Below are positions 1-10,013 of a DNA stretch of 62,272 bases, in pieces (position 1 is the stretch's first letter; the number at the start of each line of letters is the position of its first letter). The notes below the pieces were generated by a model, which did no database searches, was not told the origin of the DNA, and worked only from the letters and a program-made list of their open reading frames with translations. The translations under genes were made by a program, and so were the position numbers. Location of the stretch: positions 1 through 62,272 of the forward strand of contig JAQTWB010000010.1 in NCBI GenBank assembly GCA_028689495.1. The letters run 5' to 3'. Source of the stretch: a bacterium. GTDB lineage: Bacteria > Bdellovibrionota_C > UBA2361 > SZUA-149 > JAQTWB01.

Positions 1-3000
1 AAAGGCGCCGGTGAAGAGCGCATCGAGATGCAATTTCTCGCTGATGTCTTCGTCACCTGCGAAGCTTGTCAGGGAACTCGCTTTCAGCAAGCGGTCCAGA
101 CTGTTCGCTATGAAGGCTTGAGCGTTATCGATTTCCTGAAAATGACAATCAGCGACGCTGTCAACTTCTTCAAATCGTCAGAACAGAACAAAAGTTCGCT
201 GGAAATCCTTAAACGGCTTGAGCCCCTTGACGCTCTTGGACTCGGCTATCTCACCCTGGGACAGCCGCTCAACACCCTTTCCGGTGGCGAAGCACAAAGA
301 GTCAAACTCTCCTCTTACCTGCTTAACAATGCGGAACCAACTCTTTTCCTGCTGGATGAACCAACAACAGGTTTGCACCCACACAATGTGCAGCAACTGC
401 TCAATGTATTCGATTTGCTAATCGACAGAGGTCACAGCATTGTCTGCATCGAACACAATCTCGATGTTATCCGCGCCGCCGACTGGATCGTCGAATTCGG
501 TCCCGGTGGTGGTGAAAATGGTGGAGAGGTTATCGCTGCTACCGCACTTCCAGACTATCTCAAAAATCGCAAGGCCAACAAAAACCTGCCCACATGGAAA
601 GCCCTGCACTCCTTGAGAGACAAACCACGTCAATCGGTCCAAAAGATTGCCGGTAAGTCATCGAAAAAAACTCCCTTGACCCAGGATAACCATTCTCTCA
701 CCGGAACCCGGTCAATCCATATAGCCGGAGCCCGACACCACAACCTGAAAAATATTGCCCTCGACATTCCGCATAACAAAATAAACGTGCTGACTGGAGT
801 TTCGGGGAGCGGTAAGTCCAGTCTGGCTTTTGATATCGTCTTCCAGGAAGGACAAAGGCGTTATATCGACTGTCTCTCACCCTACGCCAGGCAATATATC
901 AAGCAGTTGTCACGAGCCGATGTTGATCGGGTCGAAGGCTTGCCGCCAACAATCGCCGTCTCACAAAAGACGGCTGTATCTTCGGGGATCTCCACGGTCG
1001 CAACTACTACTGAAATATACCAGTATCTGCGCCTGCTATACTGCAAAGCTGGTGAGCAACTCTGCCCAGACCACAATTTACCGGTGCGCAATCTCTCGGC
1101 TGAAGGTATCGCCGATTCTCTCGTTGAACGATTTTCCGGCAAACAGGTTTACATTTTTGCGCCAGTTGTTTCCGGACGCAAAGGCTACCACAACGAAGTC
1201 TTCCGCCGCGCCGTCAATGCCGAAATTTACAGCGGCCGCATTGACGGTGAATTCAGCTCGTTTGCCGAAGACACTCGACTCGAACGACACAAGCTGCACT
1301 GGATTTCCCTGCTGGTCGGCAATATTGCAGTAGCTCCGACAAAACGGTCCATTCTCAGCGAAGCAATTTCCCAGGCACTTGTCTTGAGCGATGGAACTGT
1401 TGAAGTCTGCCTGAAAAAAAGTGGTGACGAGCCCGCCATCTACAGCACCAAACGCGTCTGCCCCAAGTGCCTGAGAGGATTTCACGATCTCGACCCACAG
1501 GATTTCTCCTTTCGCTCAAGGCGCGGAAAATGTGGCAAGTGCGCCGGAAGAGGCGTCATCGAACAACGAGGCAAAACTGTCACCTGCCCGGAATGTGAAG
1601 GCTCGCGCCTCGGCACTATTGGCCGAAATGTTCTCTACGCTGAAAAACGCATTCATGAACTTACCGCAATGAATGCCTCCGAACTGCTGCATACCTTGCA
1701 ATCAACACCAGTCAACCTGCGACTGCAGCCTGTTATCGCCCCAATCATGAGCGAGGTTGTTCAACGCCTCAAGTTAATCGAAGATATCGGTTTGGACTAT
1801 CTGCGCCTAGACAGGGAAAGCGACTCGCTCTCCGGTGGCGAAGCCCAAAGGCTTCGTCTCGCCACAGCAGTCGGTTCACCGCTCACCGGTGTCTGTTACG
1901 TTTTTGATGAACCGACAATTGGCCTTCACGCAAGTGATCATGAAAACCTGTTTTCCGTATTTCGCAAGATACGCGACATGGGCAACACCTTGCTTATCGT
2001 CGAACACGATGAAGACACAATTCTCAGTGCCGATTATCTGATTGACATGGGCCCCGGAGGCGGAAGCCAGGGGGGAAACGTCGTTGCCGCTGGAACACCG
2101 TCGGAACTTATAAAAGACGGCTCGTCTGTCACGGCATTGTGCCTGCAGAAACGCTCGCTCAGAGCCCAGACTTCGGGGTCCGATCGAAAAACAACCGGGA
2201 CTGAACTGGTCACCATTAACAGCGCCTGCTGCAATAACCTCCAGCACGTTGACGCCTCATTTCCGGCTCAAGCCCTGACGGTCGTCGCTGGTTTGTCCGG
2301 CGCGGGGAAAAGCTCGCTTGTTCATGGAGTCCTGACACCGGCAATTGAGCAAACATTGGCCAAGAAGAAATCAAAAAAGAGCGAACAACTCTGGAGCGAG
2401 CTTATCCTGCCGGAAACAATCAAGCGACTGATTGAGATCGACCAGTCGGCAATCGGCAAGACTCCGGCCTCGACTCCGGCTTCATTTCTTGGCGTATTTG
2501 ACGAACTGCGAAAACTGTTTGCCTCTCTTCCCGAAGCAAAACTTCTCGGTTTTGACGCCGGCCATTTCTCCTACAATTCGGCGAAAGGACGCTGCCCGAC
2601 CTGCGGCGGAAAAGGCTTTGTCAAAGTGCCAATGAGCTTTCTGCCCGATGCTGTGTCTACCTGTGAGGAATGCCTCGGACTTCGCTATAAAAGTGAAATC
2701 CTCAAAGTTACATTCCAGGGCTTGTCGATTGGTGAAGTTCTCAACCAGACCTTCAGCGACACACTGACACTGTTCTCCACGCATCGGCGGGTAAAGGACA
2801 AACTGAAACTGGTCTGCGACCTCGGGCTGGGCTACATAAAAATCGGCCAGCCCACCTTCACCCTTTCCGGTGGAGAAGCCCAGCGACTGAAAATCTGCCG
2901 CGAACTCGCCTCATCGCAAAGTAGCGAGATACTCTACATCCTTGACGAACCAACCGTGGGCCTGCACATGAGTGACGTCGAACTGCTACTCAACATGCTT

Positions 3001-3192
3001 CGGGCCCTCGTCGAACGTGGCAACACAGTCCTTGTCATCGAACACAACCTCGACGTTATCCAGGCGGCAGATCATATCCTCGAAATGGGCCCCGGCGCTG
3101 GCCCTGCCGGTGGCAAGCTCGTTTTTTCCGGCACACCGCAAGAGCTGCGCAAATTGAAGAAAAAAACGGCAACATCCAAGGTTTTAGGTTGA
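1..3192 (+). CDS. UvrA-family excinuclease ABC subunit A-like protein. The 5' end is cut by the window edge. The visible part is one UvrA C-terminal ABC half followed by a complete UvrA unit, so this is a double-UvrA paralog.
   Basis: The frame is open from nt 1 to the stop at 3190-3192. Walker A GVSGSGKSSLAFD and AGLSGAGKSSL; ABC signature LSGGEAQR appears four times; Zn-finger-like CxxC pairs (CPKC, CGKC, CPEC, CPTCGG); repeated LDEPTxGLH and IEHNLDVI motifs. Confidence 0.85.
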   Translation, partial: KGAGEERIEMQFLADVFVTCEACQGTRFQQAVQTVRYEGLSVIDFLKMTISDAVNFFKSSEQNKSSLEILKRLEPLDALGLGYLTLGQPLNTLSGGEAQRVKLSSYLLNNAEPTLFLLDEPTTGLHPHNVQQLLNVFDLLIDRGHSIVCIEHNLDVIRAADWIVEFGPGGGENGGEVIAATALPDYLKNRKANKNLPTWKALHSLRDKPRQSVQKIAGKSSKKTPLTQDNHSLTGTRSIHIAGARHHNLKNIALDIPHNKINVLTGVSGSGKSSLAFDIVFQEGQRRYIDCLSPYARQYIKQLSRADVDRVEGLPPTIAVSQKTAVSSGISTVATTTEIYQYLRLLYCKAGEQLCPDHNLPVRNLSAEGIADSLVERFSGKQVYIFAPVVSGRKGYHNEVFRRAVNAEIYSGRIDGEFSSFAEDTRLERHKLHWISLLVGNIAVAPTKRSILSEAISQALVLSDGTVEVCLKKSGDEPAIYSTKRVCPKCLRGFHDLDPQDFSFRSRRGKCGKCAGRGVIEQRGKTVTCPECEGSRLGTIGRNVLYAEKRIHELTAMNASELLHTLQSTPVNLRLQPVIAPIMSEVVQRLKLIEDIGLDYLRLDRESDSLSGGEAQRLRLATAVGSPLTGVCYVFDEPTIGLHASDHENLFSVFRKIRDMGNTLLIVEHDEDTILSADYLIDMGPGGGSQGGNVVAAGTPSELIKDGSSVTALCLQKRSLRAQTSGSDRKTTGTELVTINSACCNNLQHVDASFPAQALTVVAGLSGAGKSSLVHGVLTPAIEQTLAKKKSKKSEQLWSELILPETIKRLIEIDQSAIGKTPASTPASFLGVFDELRKLFASLPEAKLLGFDAGHFSYNSAKGRCPTCGGKGFVKVPMSFLPDAVSTCEECLGLRYKSEILKVTFQGLSIGEVLNQTFSDTLTLFSTHRRVKDKLKLVCDLGLGYIKIGQPTFTLSGGEAQRLKICRELASSQSSEILYILDEPTVGLHMSDVELLLNMLRALVERGNTVLVIEHNLDVIQAADHILEMGPGAGPAGGKLVFSGTPQELRKLKKKTATSKVLG

Positions 3193-3327
3193 CTATGTGA
3201 AGCTCCGGGTAAAGTTCAGAGAGTAATCCAATTCTAGTCTTGGTTTTAGGTTGTTTTATAAGAGATAAAAATTTGATAGTTAACTCTATTAAGGGGCTAC
3301 TCTCCAATAAATATTGCACATGAACCT

Positions 3328-4329
3328 ATGGGATGCATATTGAACATGATTCGAAACGAAGAAGAAAGAACATCCCAATTTATCGATCAACGAGTCTGCA
3401 AATTATGCGATATCCATGATTTCGAGGATCCTGAGTTTGGGAAATTGGCAGTTGATATTTTTGGAGATCCTGCGATTTCAGCCCTGCATCACAGAAAACT
3501 TTGGGAGTTCACAATTACAGTAAAGGCCCTTCAGCGATATGGACTCTGGAATAGAGACTCTAGAGGTTTGTCGGTAGCAGCAGGGTTCGAAAGAGTTCTT
3601 TACTATATGACAAATTTCACAGGAAGAATTGTTGCCACAGATATTTACGGCGAAGGTGATTTTATAGATTTGGAAGCAACAGGGGACTTTCTTATCAATC
3701 CCGAGAAATACAGACCATACGAATATGAAAGAGAGCGACTTAGTGCTCTCAAAATGAATGCATTAAATCTACATTTCCCAAAAAATCTTTTTGATTTTGC
3801 TTTTTGTCTTTCATCAATTGAACACTTTGGCGGTGTATCTAATGCTGCTGTTGCCATTTCTGAAATGGGAAATGTTGTTCGTCCGGGTGGTTTAGTCATC
3901 GTAACTACTGATTGTTCTATTGATGGATCCAGTAGCGATCAAGTGTTCTCTCCCGCTGAAATCAAACGGCTGGTCAAAAAAAGTGGGTTGGAGTTGGTTG
4001 AAGATATTGATTTTTACATATCGCCTGATTCTCAGGGCCTATTATTGGACATGTTAAAAGATAATTTAGATTCACTTCCTCACATTAACTTAAAGTTCAT
4101 GCGGTCCAAATTTACGTCAATTTGCCTTGTATTCCAGAAAAAGGGCCGTGAAGACAATATCAAGAGGATAGACGATCAAGAGTTTGATCGAACTATTTCC
4201 AAGCTATCATCGGAGCAATACCCCACAAAACTACCGATCTGGGCTTACTGGGGTATTTTAAAAGTTAACCTCTTTGCCCGATATCAAAGGGGACTTTTCC
4301 GAATCATGAAGCTTATGGGGAATACTTAA
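3328..4329 (+). CDS. Class I SAM-dependent methyltransferase-like protein in an AT-rich patch.
   Basis: 333-aa ORF. Motif I-like GLSVAAGFERVLYYM, motif II-like GRIVATDI, FDFAFCLSSIEH and VRPGGLVIVTT resemble Methyltransf_11/23 folds. The surrounding 3.2-4.6 kb is clearly lower in GC than its neighbours. Confidence 0.5.
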   Translation: MGCILNMIRNEEERTSQFIDQRVCKLCDIHDFEDPEFGKLAVDIFGDPAISALHHRKLWEFTITVKALQRYGLWNRDSRGLSVAAGFERVLYYMTNFTGRIVATDIYGEGDFIDLEATGDFLINPEKYRPYEYERERLSALKMNALNLHFPKNLFDFAFCLSSIEHFGGVSNAAVAISEMGNVVRPGGLVIVTTDCSIDGSSSDQVFSPAEIKRLVKKSGLELVEDIDFYISPDSQGLLLDMLKDNLDSLPHINLKFMRSKFTSICLVFQKKGREDNIKRIDDQEFDRTISKLSSEQYPTKLPIWAYWGILKVNLFARYQRGLFRIMKLMGNT

Positions 4330-4606
4330 CAAATCCCAATTGATGGCATTTTGAAGGCCAAATCGAGATGGGCTCGTTTTACTTCTCCAAGCATTTTTCG
4401 CATATTCTTCGACCTCGATCTCCATCGAGAAACAGGCCAGAGAATAACCCGACTCCATTTTCACTGACTATTTTCATTCGTAGGAAGATCCAATTCCTTG
4501 GAATTTGTTGATTATCGTTTCAGCTTCACATGACGATGTCGACGTTTGTTCGCTGTATCGGAAACGTTAGGTTTTTCAACGAGTTTTTTAAAAAGAGGTA
4601 AGTATA

Positions 4607-5416
4607 ATGAATCAGTTAAATGCACATCACGACTTGGAAGGACTGGCGGGTTCGCCTGTCCTGGGTATCGTCAGTGGATTTGGTCCGATGGCAGGTACCG
4701 ACTTACTCCGCAAGGTGATCGCCAACACTAATGTCAACGAGGATAAAGAGCACCTGCCTGTCATGTTACTATCTGTCCCACCTGAAGGAAGTGACTTTCT
4801 CGGCGGAAAAATGAAAGTCAATCCTGGCACGCGAATCGGGAAAACATTACTGGCTATGGAGGCGATGAATGTTTCTATTGCGGCAGTTGCCTGCAATACT
4901 ATTCACGCCCCTATCATCTTTGATGAAATTGTCAGGGTCCTAAAAGACGCCGGAGCAAAAATCAAACTACTGCACATGATAGGTGAAGTAACTGATTTCT
5001 TAAAACGGAGTAGTATCCCTATAAACAAAGATGATGCGAAGATTGGTCTACTGGCAACCTCGGGAACTATCAAATCGCGAATCTATCAAGACCACCTTAA
5101 CTCGGCGGGATATTCGGTATTACTCCCTGACGAAACAACTCAAACGCAAGTCTATGATGCTATTTACAACGCGGATTTCGGTATTAAAGGGCACTCTTAT
5201 CCAATAAGCGCTGTCGCAATAAACTACCTGTCCGCGGCAGCACGTCACTTGGTCGATCGGGGGGCAAGCTGCATTGTTGTTGGTTGCACGGAACTGCCGC
5301 TTTTCTTCTCCGAACCATTTTTTGAAGATGTGCCTGTTATCGATGCCACGAATATCCTTGCTCGTGCATTGGTTCGAGAGGCAGCACCAGGTAAATTAAA
5401 ACTAATCGCCGAGTAG
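4607..5416 (+). CDS. Aspartate/glutamate racemase family protein (aspartate racemase-like).
   Basis: N-terminal GIVSGFGPMAGTDL and the two catalytic-Cys motifs AVACNTIHAP and VVGCTELPLF typical of the Asp/Glu racemase family. SD-like GAGG upstream of the ATG. Confidence 0.8.
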   Translation: MNQLNAHHDLEGLAGSPVLGIVSGFGPMAGTDLLRKVIANTNVNEDKEHLPVMLLSVPPEGSDFLGGKMKVNPGTRIGKTLLAMEAMNVSIAAVACNTIHAPIIFDEIVRVLKDAGAKIKLLHMIGEVTDFLKRSSIPINKDDAKIGLLATSGTIKSRIYQDHLNSAGYSVLLPDETTQTQVYDAIYNADFGIKGHSYPISAVAINYLSAAARHLVDRGASCIVVGCTELPLFFSEPFFEDVPVIDATNILARALVREAAPGKLKLIAE

Positions 5417-5489
5417 TGCCACTGGGGCAAGTTGAAAAACTTGTCCCGATTTTCATTTTAAGGACTTGAATTCAGCAACAAACACATTG

Positions 5490-5690
5490 TCATCGCCGAT
5501 CGATCGCATAACGACCGTCGTCGCGCAATTCGTAATTCAGCGGCGACATCAACACAAACGGGCGGACACAAGGCCCGCGCCCTACGATAGACAACAGCAA
5601 TTTGAATGTGCCTGTGATTGATATACACCAAACACAACGACCGTTGTCGAACAAGTCGTACATCAGCGACAATATCAATCTGCAGATCTG
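5490..5690. repeat. Repeat family A, copy 1: about 1.6 tandem copies of a ~115-bp structured unit.
   Basis: The unit contains hairpins acaacg-ac-cgttgt and gggcggac...gcccgcgccc and the core cgccctacgataNacaacaNcaatNtgaatgt. A second locus lies at 45851-46000. Confidence 0.6.
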
Positions 5691-6132
5691 CGTGAGGAAA
5701 GTTCTCATTTATTAAAACGCAATGGCAAAAGATGAGGCATCAACAGAAAAACGCTTTATAAAACTAAATATAATGTCCGGAAGATGCGCAAAGGGCAAAA
5801 TCCGACCGAGAATCCCTTCTCAATTGTACCATCTCAGACTTAACCTGACAGACACTGTCAGAACGCCTTGAATTCCAAAAAATTTACTTCACGATGTGGT
5901 GAAGGCAAATCTGTTTGGAAGTTCAAGGCTTTTAACTCCCATGCCTACCAGAGATTTGCCTGAACCTTGTACGTATTCATCGTGGTTATCTTGTCCGGTC
6001 GACTGTCGACCCGGACATCTCAATCGGCAAAATTGTCTAAGCAATTGCACGTAATTTCACAACTGAAACAAGTTTTGCCCGAATATCTTGTGAATGGCTA
6101 CGGTAGCAAGATCTCGAACCAGTAGAACATGT

Positions 6133-6684
6133 TTAACTGCTACAACTGCTACAACTTGAGGTGTCTCCTCCACCGGTATCAACATCGTTATTGTTAGCTG
6201 TGCTGTGCTGAGCGCTGCCCGTATGGGTCGGTGCATCATTGCCAACACTGCCGTGTTTGGCAGCAGGACTGCAATCACTACTACTGTTATCGATGTTATT
6301 CGGCGTCGGTGTTTCAAAATGACTGCTTAGTCCGGGCGCGTCCTGCGGATCGTTGCCTATCATCCACCACATCATTAACAAATGATCTGCCAGGTTGGAT
6401 GGTTCATCTTCGAGATAGCGGTAATATTCGGTGCGAAATGTACTGGCCGACGAACCGTTATAGCGAACTGACTGCAAACGTCGACGATTATCGGGTTTGA
6501 TTTCGACTGGCAAAAATTTCAGCAGAATAAGACTTGCCAACAGGCACGCCCTGTCCTCACTACTATTTGCGGCAGTGTAGTTCAAATCATCGACATAGCC
6601 TCTTAATTCAGAGCGATTCAAAACTCCGTCTTTTGCCCGTTTAAAAATAAACTGCAGCTCGGTGTAGCTTAAAATGTTGCTCAT
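6133..6684 (-). CDS. Hypothetical protein with a Cys/Ser-rich C-terminal tail (DTSSCSSCSS). Paralog of 48699-49136.
   Basis: 183-aa ORF. The central LLASLILLKFLPVEI block aligns with LLAMLFMIRFIPEDL of the paralog. Both end in a CX2CX2C(X2C) Ser-rich tail. Confidence 0.5.
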   Translation of the reverse strand: MSNILSYTELQFIFKRAKDGVLNRSELRGYVDDLNYTAANSSEDRACLLASLILLKFLPVEIKPDNRRRLQSVRYNGSSASTFRTEYYRYLEDEPSNLADHLLMMWWMIGNDPQDAPGLSSHFETPTPNNIDNSSSDCSPAAKHGSVGNDAPTHTGSAQHSTANNNDVDTGGGDTSSCSSCSS

Positions 6685-7209
6685 TGCGTTCTCCCGTGGA
6701 GTTAGAAAAAAAACTGGTTGCTTACACCCGTCACATGCCGGGTTCTTTGCTAACCATTACCGAGGCAACGCATTGCCGCAGTAATGGTTAGCAAAGTAGA
6801 ACACTTAAATTGTCGTTGAGTGTATGCTGCAAACCTTGTCTGTGATGCCGTAATCAGAAATAGTCGCAGGGATGACAACTGTGAACTACCAACCATTCTT
6901 GATTACGGTTTCGGAATATCTACCCAAAGGGCTCGTAGGCGAGCAAAATAGTAGGGAACTATTAGGATGTTTGGCTAATGAAGTCAAGATTAGGTATCCG
7001 TGGGCAGATTTTTTTAATCTCAAGGCGTCATGACAGTCTCTTTCAGTTGAAGTCTGGACCAGTGCAGACAACCAGGTTCGGCAAGGGCATTTCAATGCTG
7101 ATAAAAAGCCCATAAATGAGAGACCAGGTGGTCCCTCATTCATGGCCAATGCAGTTTGAACAACCTCAAAAAATGCACTCTGACTGCTGTTATATGGGAT
7201 GAGCTGACA

Positions 7210-8355
7210 CTACCCTTCGGTGGAGTCGCTCAACATGGCTGGGGTCACAGACAATGTTCCCCCATGTTCTCCAACGCTTTTACCGGCCAGATAAAGCTTG
7301 ATCACCTGTAAAACAACATCCTTGTTCACCTCGGCACCACAGGCGCTGAGGCAGCTTGTCATCAAACGGGCAATCTTAACGCCTTCTTTGCTACCTTCTT
7401 CTTCCGCCATCTGCCGACGAAGCTCGTTGTTTTTCCCACTTTCCTGAAGCTCGGTCGCTTCATTCTTTAAAGCGTTCATACGAATCTCATGCTCGGCCTG
7501 ATCAATCGCTTTCTTGGTATTGATCGTCGCCGCGCGGTTGAGAATCTCCTGCACACTTCGATCTTCCGGCATCCAGCCACGCAGCTGAATTTTGGAGATT
7601 TCAAGACCATACTCAACCATTTCTTCCGTGATGCTATTATCCATGAGTTGTTCGATTAATCTGCCCGGCTCGGCCTTAAAATCGTCGAACGTGACAGTAC
7701 CGACAAGCTTGGTTACTCCGGTCATGATTGTATTAAACATAGCGCCAAACGGGTCATCCGTGCTGTTTGTGAATTTGCCGAGGTTCGAAACCTTGAAATA
7801 AATCATTAACTTCACAATCAGCGGAGTTTGATCAGTTTTTGTCCGAGCGGCAACTGAGAAATAGGCTTGAGTCGGTTTGAGACGGACCACCTGAAACCTG
7901 AGATGGCGCGGCTCCTTACCTAACCCATCACTATCCCCACCGCCAGTCAGACAGAATGTGTGTAACTTTTCGTCGGGCTTCACATAAACGCAGTTTGAAA
8001 CTTCCCCGACGTTACCATCGGGAACCTTGCCGCCGAAGTAGTAATTTTGCTTACCATCGCCACCGATGACAACAATGGCTTCGTTTTCAGCCAGCTGAAA
8101 GCGGCTATGTGGTTCCATGTTGCCATCAGGATGAATGTGCAACGCCGCAGGCCCATTGATCACAGTATCTACGCCTGTCTCATCGTAGACTGAAACCCGT
8201 TGCTCCTGATGTATCGCCTGAAAGGTAAAAAATCTTACGTTGCACCAGGGCGGCAGATATCTTGGCCCATCGACTATTACTTCTTTGGAAAAAGGGCTTG
8301 AAACAAGGGCGCGTCGACCCGATGGAATAAACTTGAAAAGCTTAGTTATAGACAT
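7210..8355 (-). CDS. SPFH/band-7-like or major-vault-protein-like domain protein. The start is uncertain; the ORF extends to 8514.
   Basis: The C-terminal region (TFDDFKAEPGRLIEQLMDNSITEEMVEYGLEISKIQLRGW...AIDQAEHEIRMNALKNEATELQ) resembles the SPFH / MVP shoulder with a coiled-coil tail. Upstream repeats (VYDETGVDTVINGP..., IVVIGGDGKQNYYFGG) look MVP-like. Family assignment is tentative. Confidence 0.4.
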   Translation of the reverse strand: MSITKLFKFIPSGRRALVSSPFSKEVIVDGPRYLPPWCNVRFFTFQAIHQEQRVSVYDETGVDTVINGPAALHIHPDGNMEPHSRFQLAENEAIVVIGGDGKQNYYFGGKVPDGNVGEVSNCVYVKPDEKLHTFCLTGGGDSDGLGKEPRHLRFQVVRLKPTQAYFSVAARTKTDQTPLIVKLMIYFKVSNLGKFTNSTDDPFGAMFNTIMTGVTKLVGTVTFDDFKAEPGRLIEQLMDNSITEEMVEYGLEISKIQLRGWMPEDRSVQEILNRAATINTKKAIDQAEHEIRMNALKNEATELQESGKNNELRRQMAEEEGSKEGVKIARLMTSCLSACGAEVNKDVVLQVIKLYLAGKSVGEHGGTLSVTPAMLSDSTEG

Positions 8356-8802
8356 TGTAATAACCTCTTGTCCCGTAGGACTAAAAATGAAAATGGAGTG
8401 CCAATCTCTCCAACAAGGCCGAAGGCTCTGCTGCCTTAGGCCGTGCTGGAAAGTCCCACTACACCAAATTTTTACTGGAAATTCTTTTAAAGAACGGACA
8501 GCTAAGAAGAACATCCGCTGTTATCACAAGCAGTAATCCCATCAGTAGATCCTTTGCGGGAACAAAAACCATTCAAAACTGCGGGCACTTCTTATCATGC
8601 AACAACACGATGTTTCAACAAACAGCCGAGCCATAAACCAGAACAGCGTAATGCTCCCAACTCACCACGGACTTATGTAATAAATCCGTGTAATTGACTT
8701 CTGGTCTCCAGAAAAATCGCCTAGGTATGGATGATGCTGGTGTAATAAACCACTTTCAGGAGCAGAGAATATCCTTATTCTCTGCATTCCATAATTTAGA
8801 TC

Positions 8803-9150
8803 TCAAATATCAGGTGCGTTGCTGCCTCCCGGACCATGGTCAAAGAAGTCGAAATCCGTTTTGAGAGATAGACGCTCTCCTCTGTTGGACGGGATAGAAG
8901 GTGTCGGTCTTGATGGACGAAAGAGCCAAAAGAGCAAAGCAAAGACCACAACCAATGCTCCAAACAGCATCAGTTGTCCCTGAAAATCAAGGTTGCCTAA
9001 CAAATGATAAATTCCTCCTGTGCTCATGGCAGCCAGACCAAATATCAGGCTTATCCGACCGCGAACCAACAACTCGAGGACACAAAGGGCAATGCCGGCA
9101 TAGATCCAGTAAAACGGATCGAGATTGTCCAGATATTCTGAAAAAGTCAT
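8803..9150 (-). CDS. Small membrane protein, possibly an NfeD-like partner of the SPFH protein.
   Basis: ORF 8803-9210; the likely start is MTFSEYL. Two hydrophobic helices are followed by a soluble tail. It sits immediately upstream of the SPFH-like gene on the same strand. The NfeD call rests on context only. Confidence 0.3.
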   Translation of the reverse strand: MTFSEYLDNLDPFYWIYAGIALCVLELLVRGRISLIFGLAAMSTGGIYHLLGNLDFQGQLMLFGALVVVFALLFWLFRPSRPTPSIPSNRGERLSLKTDFDFFDHGPGGSNAPDI

Positions 9151-9488
9151 AACGTTTTCTCCTCTCATAACAAGAATGTGCTCCTGTGGTTGCCAGAAAC
9201 TGTGCACCAAAAAATGCTCATAAAACCTCCATAGTGAAATGTGAAAATAAGTGCCTTGGATACTGCAAACGCATGTGATCGTCTGGCCAAAAAATTGAGG
9301 GGGAAAACAAAAAACATGTTTACACCAGCCTCAGCTCAGGAGTTGAGCAGAGGCCAGCTTGGGTTAAGTGCCCGAAATAAAGATAGTTGGAAGGATCAGG
9401 GGTAATGCGACGAGGCGTTCTAGCAGAAAATTGGCGAAAGGCGAATGGAGCCTGACTTGAAAATCGGAATGGCTGGATGAGGTGAAAG

Positions 9489-9590
9489 CGAAAATGGGAC
9501 CGGGTTACTTTTACCCATAACGAAAATGGGCGAAAATGGGACCGGGTGGCGAAAATGGGACCGGGTTACTCGAAAATGGGACCGGGTTAC
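9489..9590. repeat. Repeat family C, array 1: GAAAATGGGACCGGGTTAC x4 with short variable linkers (reverse-complement orientation of GTAACCCGGTYCCATT).
   Basis: Direct reading. The same core is seen at 43607-43748 (x5), ~44335-44360 and ~46721-46750. Confidence 0.7.
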
Positions 9591-9654
9591 TTTTACCCAT
9601 CACTCCGACCAGGCCAATCATGCAGTTAGCACAAAGAAATCACCTGGTTATCTA

Positions 9655-9740
9655 CCCCCTCAAAAGATAGTCTTAACTTTTAGTCAAAAAATCAAAGATT
9701 ATTCATTTTTTTCATAATTGAAACGGCATAGCGACTGCCG
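9655..9740. repeat. Repeat family D copy (CAAAAG..GTCTTAACTTT..AATCAAAGA..TTTTCATAATTGAAACG).
   Basis: About 80% identical to 12628-12712. Shorter relatives (CCATTTCAAAANNGGTCTTA[AC]C) occur at 48041-48070 and 49459-49492. Confidence 0.55.
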
Positions 9741-9761
9741 GCCGTCAAGGAGCCCAAATCA

Positions 9762-9910
9762 TAACCTCAAAATGGGAGTGTTGCGAAATTAGCATTTCGC
9801 CAGGATTGACTTCCGTCAATCCACTTTTTCGCATCTACGATACGAAAAAGTCTCCCCTCTATTAGTTTTTCTTTTGTAGGGCCAAAATGGCCCTACATTT
9901 ACTGCGCTTG
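9762..9910. repeat. Repeat family B, copy 1: a ~150-bp structured element with three hairpins (gcgaaat-tagc-atttcgc; ttgac-ttccg-tcaa; gtagggcc-aaaat-ggccctac).
   Basis: Near-identical to 45554-45693. The two copies bracket the ~36-kb defence/accessory segment. Confidence 0.65.
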
Positions 9911-10013
9911 GTATTCTTTTTAGCGCGCAGGCATCCAGCTTACGCTGTCTGCATTTTGGGTGTGGTGTTCAACAGACCCAAAATGCGCCGGGGAACGACG
10001 GAACTCTCGCAAC

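Noticed and set aside
1078-2784. Antisense ORFs inside uvrA (1078-1485, 1876-2247, 2482-2784 on the minus strand) and similar shadow ORFs inside pglX, brxC, alaS and others.
   Set aside because: They lie fully within strongly supported long genes on the opposite strand and have no motif support. Typical GC-rich shadow frames.
8760-8790. Hairpin gcagagaatatccttattctctgc as a rho-independent terminator.
   Set aside because: It is not followed by a convincing U-tract on either strand, so it is left unannotated.
9481-9600. Possible CRISPR array (short direct repeats with linkers).
   Set aside because: The repeats are 19 bp with 2-13-bp linkers of non-uniform length. The second array (43607-43748) has no spacers at all. 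No cas genes are present. This is not CRISPR.
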